Part shown: positions 9,155-18,453 of the stretch, piece after piece
How the letters are laid out: every line of letters begins with the position of its first letter
Position numbering within the stretch: the first letter of the stretch is position 1
Assembly: GCA_016200585.1 (NCBI GenBank)
Contig: JACQEN010000195.1
Span: 3,939-67,938, forward strand
From: Deltaproteobacteria bacterium
GTDB lineage: Bacteria > Desulfobacterota > Binatia > HRBIN30
DNA: 64,000 bases
Reading direction: 5' to 3'
The notes under the pieces: generated by a model
Told to the model about the DNA's origin: nothing
Database searches by the model: none
Seen by the model: the letters and a program-made list of their open reading frames with translations, nothing else
Made by a program: the position numbers and the translations under genes

Positions 9155-10819
9155 ATGTCGGAACCACAACGGGAGCAGTGGGACGCGATCGTCATCGGGT
9201 CGGGTTTGGGAGGTCTGGCTTGTGCCGCTTACCTTTGCGCCGCCGGCAAGCGCACCTTGGTGCTGGAGGCGCACTACGTCGCCGGCGGCAACTCGCAGGT
9301 GTTTCGTCGCGGCAAACATGGGCGCAAGTACGAGTTCGACGTCGGCCTGCACTACATCGGCGAGTGCGGCAAGGAGGGTTCGATCACTCGAATCCTACGG
9401 ACCGCCGGCCTGGCCGATAGAGTCAGCTTCCGGCAGCTCGATCCCGCCGGCTATACGACGCTGATCTTTCCCGACTTCCAATTTCGCGTGCCGGCGGGAT
9501 GGGATCGCTACCGGGCGCGCCTGCTGGAAACCTTCCCCGCGGAAGCGGAGGTGCTGGGCCAGGTCGTCGACATTCTGTGCGAGGTTGCGGAAGGCGGTCG
9601 CCGCTTCCAGAACCGCGAGATCGACATGCAGGCTGTTGCCGCCGAAGCGCCGCGGTTCCTGCAATGGGGTTTGCGTCCGGTGACCGAGCTGTTCCATGAG
9701 TACGGAATTTCGCCGCAAGCCGCGGCGGTGCTGCTTGGCGAACAAGGTGACTACGCCGTGCGGCCTTCACGGACGCCGGTGGCGTTGGCGGCCGGCCTCA
9801 CGGATCACTATATGCGCGGCGCTTTCTATCCGCAGGGTGGCGGACAGATGATTGCTGCGCGCTTGATCGAGGCGATTCGCAGCTACGGCGGCGAAGTGCG
9901 CACACGCTCCCCGGTGTCGCGTGTACGGGTGGACAAGGGACGCGTCGTCGGCGTCGCGCTCGCTACGGGCGGCGAGATCGATGCGCCGGTGGTCGTCTCC
10001 AACGCTGATCTGAAACGCACGGTGACCGACCTGGTCGGAGAGCAGCACTTCTCGGCCGCCACGGTCGAACGGGTACGCGCTTTCCGAATGACGGTACCGC
10101 TATTCGTCGTTTACCTCGGCATCGACGTCGATCTCGTTGCCCAGGGCCTGCCCAACACGAACTACTTCGTCTGGGGCGACTACGATCTGGAAGCAATCTA
10201 CGACGAGCTCGAAGCGGGTCGCTTGCCGGAAAAAGAGTTCCTCTATGTGACGGTGGCTTCGTTGAAGGACCCGACCAGTCAACGCCTGGCGCCCCCGGGA
10301 TATACCAACTTGCAAATCATGACGTTGGTGCCGCGCGAGTACGGTCTGTGGAACGTCGGCGACGATGGTGCGCAAGAAGGCGCCTACCATCGCGACCCGG
10401 AGTATCGCCGCCGCAAGGAGGCGCTGGCCGAGCACTTGATCGCCTCGGCCGAACGCATCATTCCCGGCTTGTCCGATTTGCGTGCGCACATCGATTGGCA
10501 GGAGTCCGCCACACCCGTGACTCAAGAACGGTTCACCCACTCGACCGGCGGAACTTCGTACGGCATCGAGTTCGCTTGCGATCAGATGGGGCCGCTGCGG
10601 ATCGGTCCCGAAACCGAGATCGGCGGCTTGTTCCTGTGCGGTGCCAGCACACCTTCGGGTCATGGGATCGGCGGCGTCTTGCGCGGCGGCGTGATCACCG
10701 CGTCGGCCGTGCTCGGCAGCGATCTGATGTCGCGGGTCATCCGTGGCGACGTGCTGGGAGATCCGCAGCGCTTGCCGCCGCTGCACGACGACTGGGACCC
10801 GTGGCGTGAGAGCCACTGA
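9155..10819 (+). CDS. FAD-dependent oxidoreductase, phytoene-desaturase (CrtI/CrtISO/RetSat-like) family
   Basis: The N-terminal dinucleotide fold is WDAIVIGSGLGGLACAAYLCAAGKRTLVLEAHYVAGGN. The C-terminal family motif is IGGLFLCGASTPSGHGIGGV. Length is 554 aa. Confidence 0.85.
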   Translation: MSEPQREQWDAIVIGSGLGGLACAAYLCAAGKRTLVLEAHYVAGGNSQVFRRGKHGRKYEFDVGLHYIGECGKEGSITRILRTAGLADRVSFRQLDPAGYTTLIFPDFQFRVPAGWDRYRARLLETFPAEAEVLGQVVDILCEVAEGGRRFQNREIDMQAVAAEAPRFLQWGLRPVTELFHEYGISPQAAAVLLGEQGDYAVRPSRTPVALAAGLTDHYMRGAFYPQGGGQMIAARLIEAIRSYGGEVRTRSPVSRVRVDKGRVVGVALATGGEIDAPVVVSNADLKRTVTDLVGEQHFSAATVERVRAFRMTVPLFVVYLGIDVDLVAQGLPNTNYFVWGDYDLEAIYDELEAGRLPEKEFLYVTVASLKDPTSQRLAPPGYTNLQIMTLVPREYGLWNVGDDGAQEGAYHRDPEYRRRKEALAEHLIASAERIIPGLSDLRAHIDWQESATPVTQERFTHSTGGTSYGIEFACDQMGPLRIGPETEIGGLFLCGASTPSGHGIGGVLRGGVITASAVLGSDLMSRVIRGDVLGDPQRLPPLHDDWDPWRESH

Positions 10820-10918
10820 CTCGTTGGGGTGACCGGGCGTAGGGCGAAAGGAATCTGTCCGGGTTGCGAAGAGTCGGAACCTTTGTCCGACGTATCCTGG
10901 TCAGCGGGCGATTGCTGG

Positions 10919-12712
10919 TCAGTCCGCTGTCTTGATTGCCTTGACCGTGGTTTGTCCCGTCGCCGGCACGAGGGTGACGAGGATGATGCTGTCGGGCGGT
11001 GCTTGAATGTCCAGCTGTGCCGAGTGGTTTGCGACCGTCAGACTTGAAGCGCTGGTGGCAATGGCAGCGGAGTCGATCGGCTGGATGGCTGTGGTGCAAT
11101 CGACGCGTTGTTGCACGACCCGATAAGCGCCGTTGCCGAGGCCATCGAGGTCGAGTGTGGCACTGACGGCACGGCTGCCGTCGCAGTAGGGCGGCGCGGC
11201 CACAGCCGGATCGTAGGCGACGAAGTTGTAGAGCAGGATCGTCGCCCGCTGTGTGCTGCTGTCGATTGCGGCGACGAGATTCTGACCGTAGCGCGTTTGC
11301 GACGTCTGGTCGCGCTGTTGTGAATCGCTGTCCAAAAGCTCCACGGCGACGCGTGTCGCGGCCATCTCATGCCACAGCTTGGCGCTGAAGAACGCCGGGC
11401 GTACCTGGCCGTCGTTGGTGAACCAACCCCAGTTGCCGCCGGCGCCGTTACCAGCCGGAGCAGTATCCCACGTGAAGAAGCGTGCGGCGCGATCCAGTCG
11501 CGAATCCTGCATCGCATGCAAAGCCGCCGTGCTGCAGGCCGCAGCGTAGGCGGTGTCCATGCGCCCATCGTAAAAGGCGTTGACGTTCCACTCGTCGATC
11601 CACAGGAGCGGATGCAAATCAGCGCGCTGCGACAGGTAAGGCGCGATCCAATGGCGCACCGCTTCGGTGTCTTCGGCATAGGTGCCGGCGTGGAGCAGCG
11701 GGTCGGGCTGCTGGCCAAACGGGTTGTTGGCGTAGCGGTGCCACGAGATGAAGTCGACGCGCAGCGCCGGGTTCTTCACGGCGACGTTGAGCAGCGCGGT
11801 GACCCAGGATTGGTGCGGGACGAAGCTCGCCGGACCGCCCAGGTGCAAGGTTCCGGAAGGCAGGGCGAGCTGCTGCTCGGCTCGCAGCAACCGATCGTTG
11901 CAGACGCTGTAGAGGTCGAGATAGTTGCGCAAGGAGCCGGCGAAGAAGAAGCCGTCGGGTTCGTTCCACACTTCGAAATCGGTGACCCCGTAGCGGCTGT
12001 AGGTGTGAACGATCATGGCTTCGACGAGGTCGCCGTACTTTGTGCTGTCGGCCGGTGGACAGTGTTGCGCGCCGGTGCCGTTGCCGTTGGTCGCGGCGCA
12101 CGCCGGGGCGACCAACGCCAGCGGCGTATAGTCGATGATCAATTGCGGTGTGGCCCCGGCCGACTGTGCCAACGCCAATCGCTCATCGAGGCGGCAGTGA
12201 TTGAACGTGTTGGAAGCCGAGTCGTAGAGCGGACCGTGGACGCTGCCATCGGGGCAATCGTTGTCTTCGAAGCCGACGTCGATGCGCATGCGCAGCGGGC
12301 CGATCGCAGCGCGCACGAGCTGGTTCACTTGGGGCAGGGGAGAAGGCGTGTCGCTGCCGACGAGCTCCTGGTTGATGGGCTCGCGTGTCTGGTCGAAGCG
12401 TACACGGGCATGCAACGCCAGCACGTCGACGGGGCAGCTGCCGAGAGCGTTGCCGACGGCGCGGATGATTTCGTCGATGCGGATCATCCCATCGCCGTCG
12501 GCGTCGCCAGCCGCACAAGATGAAATTGCGGCCTGGCCCAGGGCGATGCGTACCATGGTGATGAGATCGTCGACGGCGACCGACCCGTGTCCGCCACAGT
12601 CGCCGACGCAGGAAGTGGACGATGCTGCCGAATACGTTGCCGGCACGAGCAACAACGCCGACGCCGTCGTCAACATGATGAAGCGAACGCCAAGGTACGA
12701 GTGCCGCAACAT
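10919..12712 (-). CDS. Secreted clan GH-A glycoside hydrolase (GH39-like) with an N-terminal dockerin-like module
   Basis: ORF track 10919..12748. The likely start is MLRHSYLG..LLLVPATYSAASS, which forms the signal peptide. The candidate acid/base motif is FEVWNEPDGFFF, with FISWHRY and the candidate nucleophile LLWIDEWN. The GH family assignment is by motif only. Confidence 0.7.
   Translation of the reverse strand: MLRHSYLGVRFIMLTTASALLLVPATYSAASSTSCVGDCGGHGSVAVDDLITMVRIALGQAAISSCAAGDADGDGMIRIDEIIRAVGNALGSCPVDVLALHARVRFDQTREPINQELVGSDTPSPLPQVNQLVRAAIGPLRMRIDVGFEDNDCPDGSVHGPLYDSASNTFNHCRLDERLALAQSAGATPQLIIDYTPLALVAPACAATNGNGTGAQHCPPADSTKYGDLVEAMIVHTYSRYGVTDFEVWNEPDGFFFAGSLRNYLDLYSVCNDRLLRAEQQLALPSGTLHLGGPASFVPHQSWVTALLNVAVKNPALRVDFISWHRYANNPFGQQPDPLLHAGTYAEDTEAVRHWIAPYLSQRADLHPLLWIDEWNVNAFYDGRMDTAYAAACSTAALHAMQDSRLDRAARFFTWDTAPAGNGAGGNWGWFTNDGQVRPAFFSAKLWHEMAATRVAVELLDSDSQQRDQTSQTRYGQNLVAAIDSSTQRATILLYNFVAYDPAVAAPPYCDGSRAVSATLDLDGLGNGAYRVVQQRVDCTTAIQPIDSAAIATSASSLTVANHSAQLDIQAPPDSIILVTLVPATGQTTVKAIKTAD
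12431..12610 (-). other. Dockerin-like double Ca-binding-loop module (glycoside hydrolase)
   Basis: CVGDCGGHGSVAVDDLITMVRIALGQAAISSCAAGDADGDGMIRIDEIIRAVGNALGSCP. It aligns residue-for-residue with the RHS module, including all four Cys. Confidence 0.6.
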
Positions 12713-12911
12713 GCGGGGAGCCGTACCAGAGCTACCGCATTGCCTCAAACCGGCGATTCCTCGAATTTGCTTCGCGGCTCAAGTCGGAGAGCGCGCTACC
12801 AGGCTTGAGAATCGTGGACGATCCCGGCTTACCTTGCGACGCTGGAACCCTTGTCCGTGAGGCTCGAAGCGCCTGGCGCATGATTCGCTACTGATTCGTT
12901 GCAGCCATGGA

Positions 12912-14531
12912 TTGGTGCGAGACATGCGCGACTACGACGCGATTGTAATCGGATCCGGATGTGGTGGCCTGACGGCGGCGCTGGCGCTGGCCCGTGCCGG
13001 GCGGCGCGTGGTTGTCTTCGAGCAACACTACCTTCCGGGTGGTTACAGCCAGTCGTTCACCTTGAAGGGTTTCCGTTTCAGCCCGGGCGTGCACTACGTT
13101 GGTGCGCTCGGCCCCGGCGGTGGACTGCGGCACATCTACGAGGGCCTCGGAGTTGCCAACGATCTGGTGTTCCTTGAGCTTAATCCTGACGGCTACGACA
13201 ACGCCGTCGTCGGCGACCAGCGCTTCGCCATCCCGAAGGGCAAGGATCGTTTCGCGGCGAAGCTGAAGCAACGGTTTCCGTCCGAAGCCGACGGCATCGA
13301 TCGCTACTTCGAAATCATCGGACGCATGGGTGCTGAGCTCGGATACGCCGCGCCGATTCACACCTTGAGTGATGCCGCCAAAGTGCCCCTGCACATGCCC
13401 ACGGTGCTGCTGCACGGTTTGCAGCCGCTCAGCCGTTTCCTCGACAGCTGTACGGCCGATCCGTTGCTGCGTGCCATCCTCTCGATCCAATCGGGAGACC
13501 ACGGCATGGCTCCGTCACGTGCGCCGGCGGCGCTGCACGCCGGCTTGCAAGGGTACTACTTCGACGGCGGGTGCTATCCGCGCGGTGGCGGCCACCATAT
13601 CGCCGACACCCTGGTGCGCCACATCCGTCAACACGGCGGTGAGGTGAAGTTGAGCAGCGCCGTCGGCCGCATCTTGATCGAGGACGGCCGGGTGCTCGGC
13701 GTTCAACTGGCGGATGGCAGCGACGTACGCGCCGACATTGTGGTGTCGAACGCCGATCCGGGTGTCACCTGGGGGCGTTTGATTGCGCCGGAACATCTCA
13801 CCTGGCGGCTACGCCGGCGCATCGAGAAGATGCACTATTCGGTTTCGACGATCAGCCTGTTCATGGCGGTCGACATGGATCTGCGCGCCGCTGGACTCGA
13901 CTCCGGGAACATCTGGTTCAGTCGCACGGCCGACGTCGATGCGGTCTACAAGTTTGCCGAACGCCGCGAGCTCTCCGGCAACGAGACGGTTCCCGGCCTT
14001 TTCTTCAACGTCACGACCTTGAAGGATCCATCGATGCGCCACGACGGCTTGCACACGGTCGAAGCCATGACGCTGTCCTGTGAAGACGCCTTTGCGCGCT
14101 GGAAGGCCTACGCACCTTCCGAGCGCTCATCTGACTACGCGCGACTGAAGGACGCTCTCGCCGAGCGCATCCTCGATGCGGTCGATTGCTTCGTGCCGGG
14201 GCTGCACGAGCGCACGGTCTTCCGTGCCGTCGGCACGCCGCTGACCAACGAGCACTTTCTGCAGGCGACCCGCGGCGCGATCTACGGCACCGAGAAGACG
14301 CTCGGCAATCTCGGGCCTTTCAGCTTCGCGGTCGACACGCACATCGGCGGTTTGTACCAGTGTGGCGCGAGTACGATTGCGCCGGGCATCAACGGCGTGA
14401 CCAACTCCGGCCTCAGTGCGGCAGCGGCGGCGCTCGGATGCAGCCGCGACGAGCTCCTGACGGCGACCGGGCAGTCGCTGCGCATCTACCCGTCCGATCA
14501 TCCGGAGGTTTGGCCGGAGGATCTCCGCTGA
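12912..14531 (+). CDS. FAD-dependent oxidoreductase, phytoene-desaturase (CrtI-like) family; paralog of 9155..10819
   Basis: YDAIVIGSGCGGLTAALALARAGRRVVVFEQHYLPGGY at the N-terminus and IGGLYQCGASTIAPGINGV at the C-terminus. It is collinear with the 9155 product (e.g. GG.YP.GG, VVSNADP). Confidence 0.85.
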   Translation: MVRDMRDYDAIVIGSGCGGLTAALALARAGRRVVVFEQHYLPGGYSQSFTLKGFRFSPGVHYVGALGPGGGLRHIYEGLGVANDLVFLELNPDGYDNAVVGDQRFAIPKGKDRFAAKLKQRFPSEADGIDRYFEIIGRMGAELGYAAPIHTLSDAAKVPLHMPTVLLHGLQPLSRFLDSCTADPLLRAILSIQSGDHGMAPSRAPAALHAGLQGYYFDGGCYPRGGGHHIADTLVRHIRQHGGEVKLSSAVGRILIEDGRVLGVQLADGSDVRADIVVSNADPGVTWGRLIAPEHLTWRLRRRIEKMHYSVSTISLFMAVDMDLRAAGLDSGNIWFSRTADVDAVYKFAERRELSGNETVPGLFFNVTTLKDPSMRHDGLHTVEAMTLSCEDAFARWKAYAPSERSSDYARLKDALAERILDAVDCFVPGLHERTVFRAVGTPLTNEHFLQATRGAIYGTEKTLGNLGPFSFAVDTHIGGLYQCGASTIAPGINGVTNSGLSAAAAALGCSRDELLTATGQSLRIYPSDHPEVWPEDLR

Positions 14532-14585
14532 GAGCGGCATGGGCGTGTCCGCGAGGCAATAGACATTCTTCAAAGGGAGGAAGCA

Positions 14586-15857
14586 ATGAACGATTTCATG
14601 CTCGACGAACAGGGAAGAGCGCTACAGGACAAGGCGCGCGAGTTCGTCAAGAACGATGTCGACTCGGAATATCTACGGCGGATGGACCGCGACGAAATTC
14701 GCTTCCCGCGCCAGCTTTACGAGGGGTACGCGAAGCATCATCTGCTCGGCCTGCGCTTTCCGATCGCCTACGGCGGCCAGGCGACGAGTTGGGTCAACGA
14801 ATGCGCCAGCATGGGGGAAGTCGGCGCTCTTGGGATGGCGGCGGGTTGTGCCTACGTGATGCCGTCGATCGTCGGCGAGGCGCTGAATGCCTTCGGAAGT
14901 GAAGAGCAGAAGCAGCGCTATCTGAAGCCGATGCTGGCCGGCAAGCTGGTGTCGGCGGAAGCGCTGACCGAGCCGCGCGGCGGTTCGGATTTCTTCGGCG
15001 CCAGCAGCCGCGCCGAGGACAAGGGCGACCATTTCGTCGTCCGTGGCATGAAGCGTTTCATCGTCGGGGCCGAAGGGGCCGACTATTTCCTCGCCTACGT
15101 CCGCACCAACCTCGCCGACGACGCGCCGGCGCAGCAGCGTATCAGCGCCATGATCATCGACCGCGGCCCCGGCGTCGAGGTGAAGTATCTCTACGGGTTG
15201 ATGGGGACGCGCGGCGGCGGCACTGGACGCGTCGTCTTCCGCGACGTCAAGGTTCCCAAGGCAAATCTCATCGGACCGTTGCACGGCGGCGCCATGGTCT
15301 TTCACACCATGATGATTCCCGAGCGTCTGTGCAGCGCCGCGCCGTGTACGGGAATGATGCAGGCGTGCATCGACGTTGCCATGAGCTACGCCGACCGTCG
15401 CAAGGCGTTCGGCGCGCCGATCCGCAAATTCCAGGCGGTGAGCTTCATGATCGCCAAGGCTCAAATGCTACTCGATGCCAGCCAGGCGATGATCTACCAG
15501 GCGGCGCGTGCCGCCGACTGCGGTGCTCCGAACGTGAGGCGCATCGTTTCGGAGACCAAGAAGTTCGTCACCGAAGCGGCGTGGGATGTCGCCAATCTCG
15601 CCATGCAGATCACCGGCGGCATCGGTTACACCGACGTCTACCCGATCGAACGGGCGGTGCGCGACACGCGTCTGGCGCAGATCTGGACCGGCACCAACGA
15701 AGTCATGAGCGCTATGATCCAGCACGATCTCTATCAAGAGTTTCGCGCCAGCCGCGGTCGCTACCGCGACTTCGAAGGCGACGCCATGCACGCCGACGAC
15801 AGCGAGAAGATCTTCGACGACGACGATATGTGGAAGGTCTACGACCTGCAGAAGTGA
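14586..15857 (+). CDS. Acyl-CoA dehydrogenase
   Basis: ALTEPRGGSDF and GGIGYTDVYPIERAVRDTRLAQIWTGTNEVM. Length is 423 aa. A GGAGG-type RBS (gggaggaag) lies upstream of ATG 14586. Confidence 0.9.
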   Translation: MNDFMLDEQGRALQDKAREFVKNDVDSEYLRRMDRDEIRFPRQLYEGYAKHHLLGLRFPIAYGGQATSWVNECASMGEVGALGMAAGCAYVMPSIVGEALNAFGSEEQKQRYLKPMLAGKLVSAEALTEPRGGSDFFGASSRAEDKGDHFVVRGMKRFIVGAEGADYFLAYVRTNLADDAPAQQRISAMIIDRGPGVEVKYLYGLMGTRGGGTGRVVFRDVKVPKANLIGPLHGGAMVFHTMMIPERLCSAAPCTGMMQACIDVAMSYADRRKAFGAPIRKFQAVSFMIAKAQMLLDASQAMIYQAARAADCGAPNVRRIVSETKKFVTEAAWDVANLAMQITGGIGYTDVYPIERAVRDTRLAQIWTGTNEVMSAMIQHDLYQEFRASRGRYRDFEGDAMHADDSEKIFDDDDMWKVYDLQK

Positions 15858-15927
15858 GCGCCAGCGGCGCTAGGCACCGCGAAAGCCTCGACATCCTCTC
15901 CGCAACGCGGCGCTTTACAGGCTTGCA

Positions 15928-17090
15928 TCAAAACAACTCCCCCGCAGTGAGGCGGGATGAAAAGTCTGCAAATGGTAGGATGAGGATGCCATCGTCGGTC
16001 TTGCGGGTTTCGGATTCGCGGCAAACCAGGATGCGGCGCTGCACGCGCGGATGATCCTGCACGAGCGAGCGCAGGCCCTTCAGGTGATCGGCGGTGGCTT
16101 TCGCCGTCGACTTGGCTTCGATGGCGACGCGCATATCGTCGATGATGAAGTCCACCTCGATGCCACTGGCAACCCGCCAATAGCTCAGACGGACATCGCT
16201 CTCCGAGTACGCGTCGTGCGCGCTCAACTCGTGAAAGACCCAGTTCTCGAAGGCGGCACCGAACAACTGCGAGCCGGCTTCCAACACTCCGCGACGTGCC
16301 AGGTGGTTCACCACACCGACATCCGAGAAATAGAACTTCGGGGCCTGGATCACCTTGCGCTTCGGTCGCTTTGTGTACGATGGCAGCCAACGTCCCAGCA
16401 GCGTGTCGGTGAGGATGTCAAAGTACCCCTTCACCGTGTGGCTGGATACGCCGCACTCGCGTGCCACGGTAGAGAAGTTCACCAGCCCGCCGTCCGACAG
16501 TCCGGCGACATTGAGGAACTCTGAGAACACCGGAAGGTTGCGCACCAACCCTTCGGCGGCAACCTCCTCTTTCAGGTAGTCGGCCACGTAGGCTGCCAGC
16601 AGTCGCCGCGGCCTGGCGGAGACATATACGTTGGGGAGGTAGCCGTGATTGAGGATTCGTTCGAGATCAAAGCTCTGCCTCAACTCCGACGCAGTGAGAC
16701 CATGCAGCTCGTGAGACCATGCAGCTCGTAGCGCACGGCACGTCCTCCGAGCAGGTTGGCGCGTCCGCGTTTCACCTTGCGAGCACTGGATCCACACAGC
16801 GCGAAGCGAATGCCGCGATTCTCGTGAAGCCAGTGCACCTCGTCGAGCAGCTGCGGCACCTTTTGCACTTCATCGATGACCACCATCGGCGCCGGCCGCG
16901 CCTCCAGTTCTTGGCGCAGACGTTCTGGGTTTTGCAGGTAACGGCGATACTCCTCGGCCTTGAGGAGATCGATCCATTTTGCGTCGGGATAGGCCTGTCG
17001 CAGGAGCGTCGTCTTGCCTGTCTGACGTGGTCCCCAGAGAAAGAACGTCTCCTCACCCGGAGGTGGGAGCCGTAATGACCTTTCGAACAT
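15928..17090 (-). pseudogene. AAA+ ATPase (AAA_14 + DUF4143-type) disrupted by a 17-bp tandem duplication
   Basis: The gene is split into ORFs 16680..17171(-) and 15928..16797(-). Walker A is GPRQTGKTTLL and Walker B is VVIDEVQ. Both fragments contain ELHGLT at the break. Removing one copy of the duplicated 17-mer restores ..GGRAVRYELHGLTASELRQSFDLERILNHGYLP.. in one frame. The likely start is MFERSL at 17090. Confidence 0.75.
16694..16727. repeat. Perfect 17-bp tandem duplication, gtgagaccatgcagctc x2
   Basis: Read directly: copy 1 is 16694..16710 and copy 2 is 16711..16727. Because 17 is not a multiple of 3, it causes a frameshift in the ATPase gene. Confidence 0.95.
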
Positions 17091-17382
17091 GTACTTCAAA
17101 CTATCATGATCAAATGAAGCCTCAAGGCCTGTTGGTGGCGTTATGAATGCGCCTGTCTTGTCCCGCACCACATAACACGCGGGTTCTGTCAGTCGTTCAC
17201 AACCCGAGGCGGACGTCCTCCCGCGAGCCCTCGGTTCCTTGGGTGCCGGGTATTCGGTTGTCGCTGTGCCACGCCGCTTGCATCATGATCCGCGTCACGC
17301 GGATTCCTGATCCAGATTCTCCGCAGCCTTCCGACCGTCCGGTAGGTAGACGGTGCGATCGCCAAATTCGTGCACTCTCGGT

Positions 17383-17391
17383 GGGAAGGAG
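17383..17391 (+). promoter_or_regulatory. Shine-Dalgarno (gggaaggag) for the molybdoenzyme beta subunit
   Basis: Lies 7 nt upstream of ATG 17399. Confidence 0.6.
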
Positions 17392-17398
17392 CAACGAC

Positions 17399-18436
17399 AT
17401 GGGAACGGTGGTGCCTTCAAAACGCCAACTGGCTTGGGCGTTTGATCTGAACAAGTGCATCGGTTGTCAAACTTGCTCCGTCGCTTGCAAGGTGCTGTGG
17501 CCGGGTGACGATCCGGGCACGGAGCAGATGTGGTGGATGACCGTCAACACCCAACCGGGGCGTGGTACGCCGCGCGACTGGGAGTCGATGGGTGGTGGCT
17601 ACGACGCCGACGACAAGCTGCAGCTCGGGCGCATCGCCACGGAAGAAGAAATCGGCGGCGGCTGGAACTTCAATTACGATGAAGTTCTGCACAGCGGCCG
17701 CGGCCGGGATGTGCACCTGGAAAAAGTCTCCGGCAGCAAGAGCTGGGGAATGAACTGGGATGAGGACGAAGGCGCCGGTTCGTTTCCCAACGCCTATTTT
17801 TTCTACCTGCCGCGCCTGTGCAACCACTGCACGCAACCCGCCTGCCTCGAAGCGTGTCCCAACGACGCGATCTTCAAACACGCCGATACCGGCCTGGTGC
17901 TGCGCGACGAGGAAAAATGCAAGGGCGCGCAAATGTGCCGCCGCGCTTGCCCGTACAAGAAGATCTACTTCAACAAGATGCGCAACGTCAGCCAACACTG
18001 CATCGGCTGCTTTCCGCGCATCGAGCAGGGCGTCGCACCGGCGTGCGTCCGCCAGTGTCCTGGACGTGCGGCGTTCGTCGGGTTCCTCGACGACGCTGGC
18101 AGCATCGTTCACAAGCTCGTCAGCAAGTGGAAGGTGGCGTTGCCGCTGCACCCGGAGTTCGGTACTCACCCCAACGTCTACTACGTGCCGCCTCTGTCGC
18201 CGGCGCCGCTGCACGAGGACGGCAGCTTCAACGCGGCGGGGCAGCGCATACCGCCCGACTATCTCGAGAAGCTCTTCGGGAGCGATGTCCATGGCGCGTT
18301 GGACGTCCTGCGCTCCGAGCTCGACAAGAAGCGGCGTGGGCAGGACTCCGACGTGATGGACGCACTCATTCTGTACCGCTGGAAGGACGCGCTCGGTCAC
18401 CTGACTCGCGACCCAGCCGAGATCGTGTGGAAGTGA
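17399..18436 (+). CDS. Four-cluster Fe-S (beta) subunit of a type-II DMSO-reductase-family molybdoenzyme (NarH/EbdB/DdhB/SerB-like)
   Basis: ORF track 17147..18436. The real start is MGTVVPSKRQLAWAFDLNKCIGCQTCSVACKVLW at 17399. Cys groups are CIGCQTCSVAC, CNHCTQPACLEACP, CKGAQMCRRACPY and CIGCFPRIEQGVAPACVRQCP. At about 345 aa it matches the short (non-NarH) beta subunits. Confidence 0.85.
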   Translation: MGTVVPSKRQLAWAFDLNKCIGCQTCSVACKVLWPGDDPGTEQMWWMTVNTQPGRGTPRDWESMGGGYDADDKLQLGRIATEEEIGGGWNFNYDEVLHSGRGRDVHLEKVSGSKSWGMNWDEDEGAGSFPNAYFFYLPRLCNHCTQPACLEACPNDAIFKHADTGLVLRDEEKCKGAQMCRRACPYKKIYFNKMRNVSQHCIGCFPRIEQGVAPACVRQCPGRAAFVGFLDDAGSIVHKLVSKWKVALPLHPEFGTHPNVYYVPPLSPAPLHEDGSFNAAGQRIPPDYLEKLFGSDVHGALDVLRSELDKKRRGQDSDVMDALILYRWKDALGHLTRDPAEIVWK

Positions 18437-18440
18437 GCCG

Positions 18441-18446
18441 AGGAGG
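18441..18446 (+). promoter_or_regulatory. Shine-Dalgarno (aggagg) for the molybdoenzyme alpha subunit
   Basis: Lies 7 nt upstream of ATG 18454 and just after the beta-subunit stop at 18436. Confidence 0.7.
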
Positions 18447-18453
18447 AATCGCC

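Noticed and set aside
7537-9195. Long antisense ORFs opposite real genes: 7537..9195(-), 19261..20739(-), 27635..28783(-), 29038..31173(-), 33862..35547(+), 45253..46206(+), 49451..50860(+) and 37969..39219(-).
   Set aside because: High GC suppresses stop codons on the antisense strand. The products are R/A/G-rich with no recognisable motifs, whereas the opposite strand encodes clear family members.
17267-17282. A sigma-54-like element, tgCcac-N5-ttgca, upstream of the molybdoenzyme operon.
   Set aside because: The invariant -24 GG is GC here, and no enhancer-binding-protein gene is nearby. This is probably chance.
17147-17398. N-terminal extensions in the ORF track (17147 for the Fe-S subunit, 17818 for the Mo subunit, 35905 for the PPC protein, 62400 for PKV paralog 2, 6132 for the methyltransferase, 33961 for nhaA, 24472 for the activase).
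   Set aside because: The extensions overlap neighbouring genes or lack homology-like sequence. Internal ATG/GTG starts with Shine-Dalgarno sequences and proper signal peptides or family N-termini fit better.
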